The notes beneath the pieces were generated by a model. The model was given only the letters and a program-made list of their open reading frames with translations. It did no database searches and was not told where the DNA came from. A stretch of DNA of 32,000 nt from positions 780,001 to 812,000 of the forward strand of contig NC_010163.1 of the NCBI RefSeq assembly GCF_000018785.1, read 5' to 3'. This DNA comes from Acholeplasma laidlawii PG-8A. Its GTDB lineage: Bacteria > Bacillota_I > Bacilli_A > Acholeplasmatales > Acholeplasmataceae. How positions within the stretch are numbered: position 1 is the first letter of the stretch; each line of letters opens with the position of its first letter. A program made the translations under genes and the position numbers. Below, one piece after another: positions 26,538 to 32,000 of the stretch.

Positions 26538-28226
26538 TTAAGAAACATTTTTAACGATGTGATCAGTCAAACTACCTTCATATATATAAAATTCATCTTG
26601 TGGGATTCTAGACCATGCAATGCGTATTTTATCATACATTTCCGGTTCCACATGAATTCTAAAATCCTCATAAATCTTTGCATATATACGATTATTTTCT
26701 AATTGATTTGACTTCATGATTAAGAAACTTCCTATGTAAATATCAGCAGGTGTTCCTTCCTTTAATCCATAATAAACATCTTTTAGATTATGACATTGTA
26801 AAAATGCTGCCATTTCAATGATTTTTAATGAGTTCGGTAAATATACTTTCTCTAACTCAAGATTAACAACGAACGCTTCTCGCTCAATATGTTCTACACC
26901 TTCGTTTAATTTCAATATCCTAAAGCCGGAAGTATTAGAAAAACTTAATTTTTCAATTAATTTTGAAGAAATCTCTATTGTTTCCCCTAAATCAGCATAG
27001 TAAAAAGCGTTAGATTTAATGATTTTTGCATCTATAATAAGATTTGAGATGATAGATGTTGAAAATGCATATGGCTCAATGGTTTGAATATTTGTAGGGA
27101 TATGTAATGTATCAATCGTTCTGCCAGCATAAGCATAACTACCAATGTGATGAAATAACGTTAGCTCGGTTAGATTGCTTGGAGCTAAAATAAGATAGTT
27201 TAGATCATTATCCTGTTTGGATACTGCATTATCTATCATTTTATAGTTTGGGTTAGTACGGCTGATTGACATCCCACTTAATGAAGAACCAATGAATGCT
27301 TCAGGTTTTATAAGTTCTAAATCGTTGAACTCAACGTTGTTCAGTTGTTGATTTAGACCAAATGAATACATATTCATCGTAATTTTTGGATGATTAAATC
27401 GAACAGTGGTTAAATTACTATTTTCATAAAACGCTTTTTCTCCAATATCCACTGAATGATTAAAATCAAGAACTTCCAATCCGGAATCCCAAAATGCTGA
27501 TGGACCAATACTTTCAAGGTTTATCGGAAAGTCAATATGTGTAAGTTTAGGCGTTAATCGAAAAGCTCCCTCTTTTATGGTTAATAAAGAATTTGGAAAT
27601 TCTACAGATTTAAGTTCTAATGTTTTATAAAATAAATGTTCTGGTATTTCAGTCATACCTTCTTCAAAGATAACATCGGTAATTTTTGTCCCTGAAAATG
27701 CCCATGGTTCTATATAGATATTCTTAATATGAATAGAGCCTCTTAAACCTGTGTTACTAAATGCTGATGCACCAATATGGATTAACCCTGATGGTAAAGA
27801 TACAATCGTCCCGTTTCCCATGAACGCTTCCATAGCTACATGTAAAAGACTTTCAGGTAAACTAATTTCATGAATACCATTGTCTTTAAATGCACTTTTT
27901 CCTATATGAGTGATGCCTTCTTCTATGATTAATGTTTCAATCGGTAAAAAGTTTCGTCCAAAAAAAGGTATGGATGGACTATTGATAAACGCATAATCTG
28001 ATATTTTTGTAACAGGGTGTTCGTCATGCTCACCGGGTATGATAACATTTCTTATAAAATCTCCAGAAAACCCGGTAACCATATAAGTTTGATCTTCTTG
28101 CAAAACAAAAGTTAAATACTTATGAGGATCAGTTTCTTTACTATACTTTGGACTACAACCACTTAAAAATAGAACTATAGTTATAGTTAAAAATGAAATT
28201 AGAACATACTTAATTGATATTTTCAT
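26538..28226 (-). CDS. BspA-type leucine-rich-repeat (LRR_5) surface lipoprotein
   Basis: Lipobox LFLSGCSP. Repeated units such as IEEGITHIGKSAFKDNGIHEISLPESLLHVAMEAFMGNG and LKLNEGVEHIEREAFVVNLELEKVYLPNSLKIIEMAAF. Confidence 0.9.
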   Translation of the reverse strand: MKISIKYVLISFLTITIVLFLSGCSPKYSKETDPHKYLTFVLQEDQTYMVTGFSGDFIRNVIIPGEHDEHPVTKISDYAFINSPSIPFFGRNFLPIETLIIEEGITHIGKSAFKDNGIHEISLPESLLHVAMEAFMGNGTIVSLPSGLIHIGASAFSNTGLRGSIHIKNIYIEPWAFSGTKITDVIFEEGMTEIPEHLFYKTLELKSVEFPNSLLTIKEGAFRLTPKLTHIDFPINLESIGPSAFWDSGLEVLDFNHSVDIGEKAFYENSNLTTVRFNHPKITMNMYSFGLNQQLNNVEFNDLELIKPEAFIGSSLSGMSISRTNPNYKMIDNAVSKQDNDLNYLILAPSNLTELTLFHHIGSYAYAGRTIDTLHIPTNIQTIEPYAFSTSIISNLIIDAKIIKSNAFYYADLGETIEISSKLIEKLSFSNTSGFRILKLNEGVEHIEREAFVVNLELEKVYLPNSLKIIEMAAFLQCHNLKDVYYGLKEGTPADIYIGSFLIMKSNQLENNRIYAKIYEDFRIHVEPEMYDKIRIAWSRIPQDEFYIYEGSLTDHIVKNVS

Positions 28227-28555
28227 GTTATGATTTACCCCTTAATTTTAATCGGAACAAGAACATATTTATATATAAATGAATGTAACTTTTTGAATAT
28301 TGATTTATATGTGATAAATGGTTTATGTAATTGTATTTTCTTATAATTCAGTTATAAAAATCGGTTATTTTCCTATATTATAACATACAAGATAAAAAGC
28401 CTTATTACATTTATATCGACATTAGTACTACTACAACTTTTAATTAATTGTTTAACTCAGTAAGTAAAGCGCTATAAAAAAGTCGTTAAATGATAACCAA
28501 ACAGCTTAGCAACTGCATCTTTATAATTTGTCATTTTTTTACTATAGACTTTTTA

Positions 28556-28927
28556 TTACGTTTTTATAAAATAGGTATGTGCTTCTTTTATGAGTGCGTC
28601 TTTAGCAGTATTCACAAACTGAACAATATTGCAAAACTCATAAGTTAAACCATTATTAAAAGTCATGATACCTTCGCACATAGCTCCTTTTCCATGACTT
28701 AATGCATTTTTAACTATTAACTCCAATATTTGTGGCTTAGTTGTTAAAGTTTGAGATAACTGTTCTAATTTAACAACATGATTTTCACCCACTATTTTCC
28801 ATGTGAAATCTTCTCGAACATGAGTCTTAACAGTATCAATGTCTTTCTTTGATAGTGCAATCGTTAAGTCAATAACACGTTCCATTTTTGGTGCATTCCC
28901 ACAATGATACATTACTTCTAGTTTCAT
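28556..28927 (-). CDS. NTF2/SnoaL-like domain protein
   Basis: VIDLTIALSKKDIDTVKTHVREDFTWKIVGEN...TFNNGLTYEFCNIVQFVN; size and pattern fit the NTF2-like fold. Confidence 0.6.
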   Translation of the reverse strand: MKLEVMYHCGNAPKMERVIDLTIALSKKDIDTVKTHVREDFTWKIVGENHVVKLEQLSQTLTTKPQILELIVKNALSHGKGAMCEGIMTFNNGLTYEFCNIVQFVNTAKDALIKEAHTYFIKT

Positions 28928-29361
28928 CCTAACTCATCCTTTCTTTATTCAATTATATTCATTTTTTCAGTTAAACATCTAAATTTATATTACCATAGTT
29001 AATCCAACTTAAGAATCTACATAATTTGAAGTCTAATCCCTATCAATTTTTGAAACCTTATTAACAGATTTTTCATTAGGTTAATAATTATCTGATCTAA
29101 GATCTCCTTTATTTTGTATGGTTATTTATCTAATACCATTTGTATATATTAGTTTATGCTAAGTATATTTTACTTGATTTGGTATTTATAAAATACTATT
29201 TTATGCTTTCGTGTTTTTATGAGTAGTTTTTCCAAAATAATTGGAAACTCGTAACTCAAAACCATAAGATTTCAGTACTTTAATAAATAAAAAAGAGATT
29301 ATCTCCCTACTTTCGTTTTTCATTATGTCGCTATTATTATATCTACACTGTTTTGTTAGTA

Positions 29362-29453
29362 TGGCGGGAAAGAGGGATTTGAACCCACACGACGATCTCT
29401 TGTCTTACTAGTTTTCAAGGCTAGACGCTTCAGTACAACTTAGCTACTTCTCC
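29362..29453 (-). tRNA. Degenerate tRNA-Ser(UGA)-like gene, likely pseudogene or divergent copy (encoded CCA)
   Basis: Minus strand GGAGAAGTAGCTAAGTTGTACTGAAGCGTCTAGCCTTGAAAACTAGTAAGACAAGAGATCGTCGTGTGGGTTCAAATCCCTCTTTCCCGCCA. UGA anticodon in CTTGAAA loop, long variable arm, TTCAAAT T-loop, 3' CCA. Several stem defects. Confidence 0.65.
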
Positions 29454-29512
29454 AAAAAAATATTTTAGTACAAAAGAAAAAACATTCTATATATGACAAT
29501 GTTTTATCTACT

Positions 29513-30226
29513 TTATAATCCGATTCTTTTTGTATATTTCTTATATAAGAGTGCAATGAATAACAAGTTTACTGAAATCCCTATTGCGAAATAATAGTAA
29601 GTATTTAATAAGTATTCACTAGGTATTAACGACATTGATATCATTCTGGCTACCCAAAACCCTGGGACAATTCCTAGTAATAGTTCGGTCCAATTAGTGA
29701 TGAAAATTGATGCAACAGGGATTAATAATATTAGACCTGATACCTTCATAACAACAAAACCCTCCACTTTATTAGAAGCGAATGCATTAACAAGTAATGC
29801 AACAATCGGTGCTTGAAGACTTGATAGGATTGCGATCAAGAATACATCTAATATACTAGCATCAAGAAAGTTTGTAATAAAAATGACCAATAAGGTTGCC
29901 GATAGCCCAAATAAGTAACTGATGCCCAACTTAATTAAAATGTAATTGGATACTTTAATTGGTGTAATTCTCAATGAGTAAAGGACTTGGTCATCTTGAT
30001 CATCTAACAAAGTGAATCCCGTCACTGCCCCATAAATGAAGGCAGTCATCATGATGAATACAAGTACGACGATGTTGGCTGCTAGTTCTGATGCATTATC
30101 TTTTATGAATGGAACTAACCAAAGAGAAACTAACACCAATATCAAAGGATATAGCATGAAAAACATATACATTTTATCTCTTAAAATACCTTTTAATTCA
30201 TGTAATAATATACGTTTAAACATCAT
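29513..30226 (-). CDS. ABC-2 type transporter permease
   Basis: Six TM segments, ELKGILRDKMYMFFMLYPL start, DDQDDQVLYSLRITPI motif. Confidence 0.8.
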   Translation of the reverse strand: MMFKRILLHELKGILRDKMYMFFMLYPLILVLVSLWLVPFIKDNASELAANIVVLVFIMMTAFIYGAVTGFTLLDDQDDQVLYSLRITPIKVSNYILIKLGISYLFGLSATLLVIFITNFLDASILDVFLIAILSSLQAPIVALLVNAFASNKVEGFVVMKVSGLILLIPVASIFITNWTELLLGIVPGFWVARMISMSLIPSEYLLNTYYYFAIGISVNLLFIALLYKKYTKRIGL

Positions 30227-30960
30227 TACACCCCACTTTGTTTAACGGCATAGTGTTTGTATTTTGGATATATATAGAAGAAATAACCCAATAGTGTTAG
30301 TATAATCAATATTACAAATGATAGAATTGCTTCTAATTTTAAACTAGAAATTAATCCCGATTCAATCATAAATGTTGATGCTTGAGTTGGAGATATTAAT
30401 AAGATATATTTCCAAAAGTCTGCCTTAAATAAAATACCAAATTGAAATAATGCGGATGGAATCATAAAGATAAAACTATATAACATCACCATCATTAACA
30501 TGGAGGTAAAATCCTTTGCATGGTATGAAAATACAAATCCCAGTAAACTATGGCTAAAAATTGAAATTAGTAAGCCTAGTATTAGAAATATAACATTTAC
30601 TTCTATACCTCTAACAAAGTAAAACACTAAAACCACCAAAAGAGATGAAAATAGCATATGAATGGTATTGGCAATCGCTTTGGATAAAATTTGTTCATGA
30701 TAAGTCGTTGGTGTGACTAAAATTGTTGAGATTGTTTGTTCCGATTTCTCAAAAAACATGATTGAACCAATAAAAAGTACACTCATCATCGTCGCGTCTA
30801 CCATTAAGATAAAAGGCAACATTTTATTTAAGATGGCGTCATCTTCAATGAAAAATAAAACTAGAAACCATATGAAAGCAACCAAAATACTGATGGTGGT
30901 TACTTTATACTTATTGAGTCTAATCAACTCACCTTTGGTTAGAAATAATAATCTACGCAT
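30226..30960 (-). CDS. ABC-2 type transporter permease (second subunit)
   Basis: TKGELIRLNKYKVTTISILVAFIWFL, FFEKSEQTISTILVTPTTYHEQILSK. Abuts the other permease (1-nt overlap). Confidence 0.8.
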   Translation of the reverse strand: MRRLLFLTKGELIRLNKYKVTTISILVAFIWFLVLFFIEDDAILNKMLPFILMVDATMMSVLFIGSIMFFEKSEQTISTILVTPTTYHEQILSKAIANTIHMLFSSLLVVLVFYFVRGIEVNVIFLILGLLISIFSHSLLGFVFSYHAKDFTSMLMMVMLYSFIFMIPSALFQFGILFKADFWKYILLISPTQASTFMIESGLISSLKLEAILSFVILIILTLLGYFFYIYPKYKHYAVKQSGV

Positions 30961-31810
30961 GATTGAGTCCTACACCAGTGACCTTGATGAAAATTTCTTC
31001 CAGGGTGGTTTCACCTGTATGAATAGTCTCTATTTTCTTTTCTTTTAAAAGCTTGAAAAAAGTACCATTCTCATTTAATCCATCCATATCAAAGATTTGT
31101 GATGCGGTATGATTATTTTCATTATATTCAACTTTAATGGTTCTTTTACCATATTTTATTTTTAAGTTTCTTGGGCTATCTATTTCTTTTATTTGTCCAT
31201 CCACAATAAACGCAACCCGATCACAGAGTTGATCGATATCAGCCATGATATGTGATGTGACAAAAACAGTCCCACCTTGTTTTTGATATGCTTTAATGAG
31301 ATTCTTTAAAATCATAGCATTCGCCGGGTCTAAACCATTTGTCGGTTCATCTAGAAATAGCATTTTAGGATTATTTAACATCGCTCTGACGAAATTTAAC
31401 CTAATTTTCATGCCTTTTGAAAATTCACCAACCATCTTGTTTCGATCTTCCCATAAACCAACACTTTTCATCAAGTCTTCAATATCAGCGTGGTTTTTAT
31501 ATAGTTTTAAGAAAAATTCGATGTTTTCCATTGCGGTTAGTTTTGAAAAGTGAATTGGCATTTCGAACGATACCCCAATATCTTCATAAAATGATTCATT
31601 TAATTCACTTAAACTTTTAGAATCATAATAAATACTACCTTGATAGCGATCTAAAAGTTTAATTAAGATCTTTTGTGTTGTGCTCTTCCCTGCGCCAGAT
31701 GGTCCTAAAAACCCGAAAATTTCACCTTTTTTGATTTCAAAGCTGATACCTTTAATGGTTTCTACATGATTCTTTGGATATGTAAATCTTAAGTCTCTTA
31801 CACTAAACAT
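30953..31810 (-). CDS. ABC transporter ATP-binding protein
   Basis: Walker A GPSGAGKST, signature FSKGMKIR, Walker B MLFLDEPTNGLDP. Confidence 0.93.
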   Translation of the reverse strand: MFSVRDLRFTYPKNHVETIKGISFEIKKGEIFGFLGPSGAGKSTTQKILIKLLDRYQGSIYYDSKSLSELNESFYEDIGVSFEMPIHFSKLTAMENIEFFLKLYKNHADIEDLMKSVGLWEDRNKMVGEFSKGMKIRLNFVRAMLNNPKMLFLDEPTNGLDPANAMILKNLIKAYQKQGGTVFVTSHIMADIDQLCDRVAFIVDGQIKEIDSPRNLKIKYGKRTIKVEYNENNHTASQIFDMDGLNENGTFFKLLKEKKIETIHTGETTLEEIFIKVTGVGLNHA

Positions 31811-32000
31811 GATTTAATATTCCTTTCTTGAATATATCTAATACTGCTTTTATGCTTAGAACCCATTCAGTCTCATCTAATTTGTGGTAAATGAATGAAT
31901 CAATGGTTACCTTGTTTAAAAAATCCATGATTATCTTAGCAAGGATTTTTGAGTTGATATCAGCCCTAATTAAGCCCTTTTCTTGGTCTTTTAGAATCCA
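31803..32000 (-). CDS. Probable TetR/AcrR family regulator, C-terminal fragment (truncated by window edge)
   Basis: Minus-strand open frame from the window end: WILKDQEKGLIRADINSKILAKIIMDFLNKVTIDSFIYHKLDETEWVLSIKAVLDIFKKGILNHV*. Overlaps the ABC ATPase start by 8 bp. Confidence 0.6.
   Translation of the reverse strand, partial: WILKDQEKGLIRADINSKILAKIIMDFLNKVTIDSFIYHKLDETEWVLSIKAVLDIFKKGILNHV

Noticed and set aside
26818-27000. Plus-strand ORF 26818-27000
   Set aside because: Antisense to the LRR lipoprotein gene.
26538-28226. Repetitive look of the LRR gene as a DNA repeat or CRISPR-like array
   Set aside because: The periodicity is at protein level (LRR units with divergent DNA); there are no identical spaced DNA repeats.
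29291-29305. Possible terminator for the tRNA-like gene (GAGA-tta-TCTC next to an A/T tract)
   Set aside because: Stem only 4 bp with a 3-nt loop; too weak to call.
28928-29340. About 400-nt AT-rich intergenic region as a possible ncRNA or repeat array
   Set aside because: No direct repeats, clear hairpin, promoter-terminator pair or conserved riboswitch motif visible by eye.
30036-31620. Plus-strand ORFs 30036-30245, 30713-31048, 31296-31553 and 31417-31620
   Set aside because: All antisense to the ABC exporter operon with no domain or initiation signal.

Overview
This is a 32 kb low-GC chromosomal window. Gene content and style suggest a Firmicutes/Mollicutes lineage, possibly Acholeplasma-like; that is inference. 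It is mostly ordinary housekeeping and transport genes: DegV, a DUF3137-like/LemA pair, a CDF cation transporter, FabK plus a MaoC-like dehydratase, a ZIP transporter with a DtxR/MntR-type regulator, SdpI plus a frameshifted AHSA1/SRPBCC gene, a cyclophilin lipoprotein, a TrmB-like regulator, two ABC-2 exporters, GNAT, a DAP-dehydrogenase-like protein, a CotH-like lipoprotein, an aldo/keto reductase, an M42 peptidase, a MATE transporter, a BspA-type LRR lipoprotein and a degenerate tRNA-Ser(UGA). The best candidate system is a compact reactive-sulfur/thiol module at 11.5-15.9 kb. Its first part is a CstR-like repressor, two single-domain rhodaneses and a CoA-disulfide reductase-rhodanese fusion. 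These sit behind a near-consensus promoter and a CsoR/CstR-type palindrome (ATACCCCATTGGGTAT). Immediately upstream lies an ArsR / UPF0718-type permease / thioredoxin-like operon with its own promoter embedded in a 17-bp-arm inverted repeat. The CstR-like protein keeps Cys31 but has Lys where canonical CstR has Cys60, and carries an unusual Cys3. The general module resembles known CstR systems; the cysteine rearrangement is the possibly new part. I found no CRISPR array, IS element, prophage or defence island.
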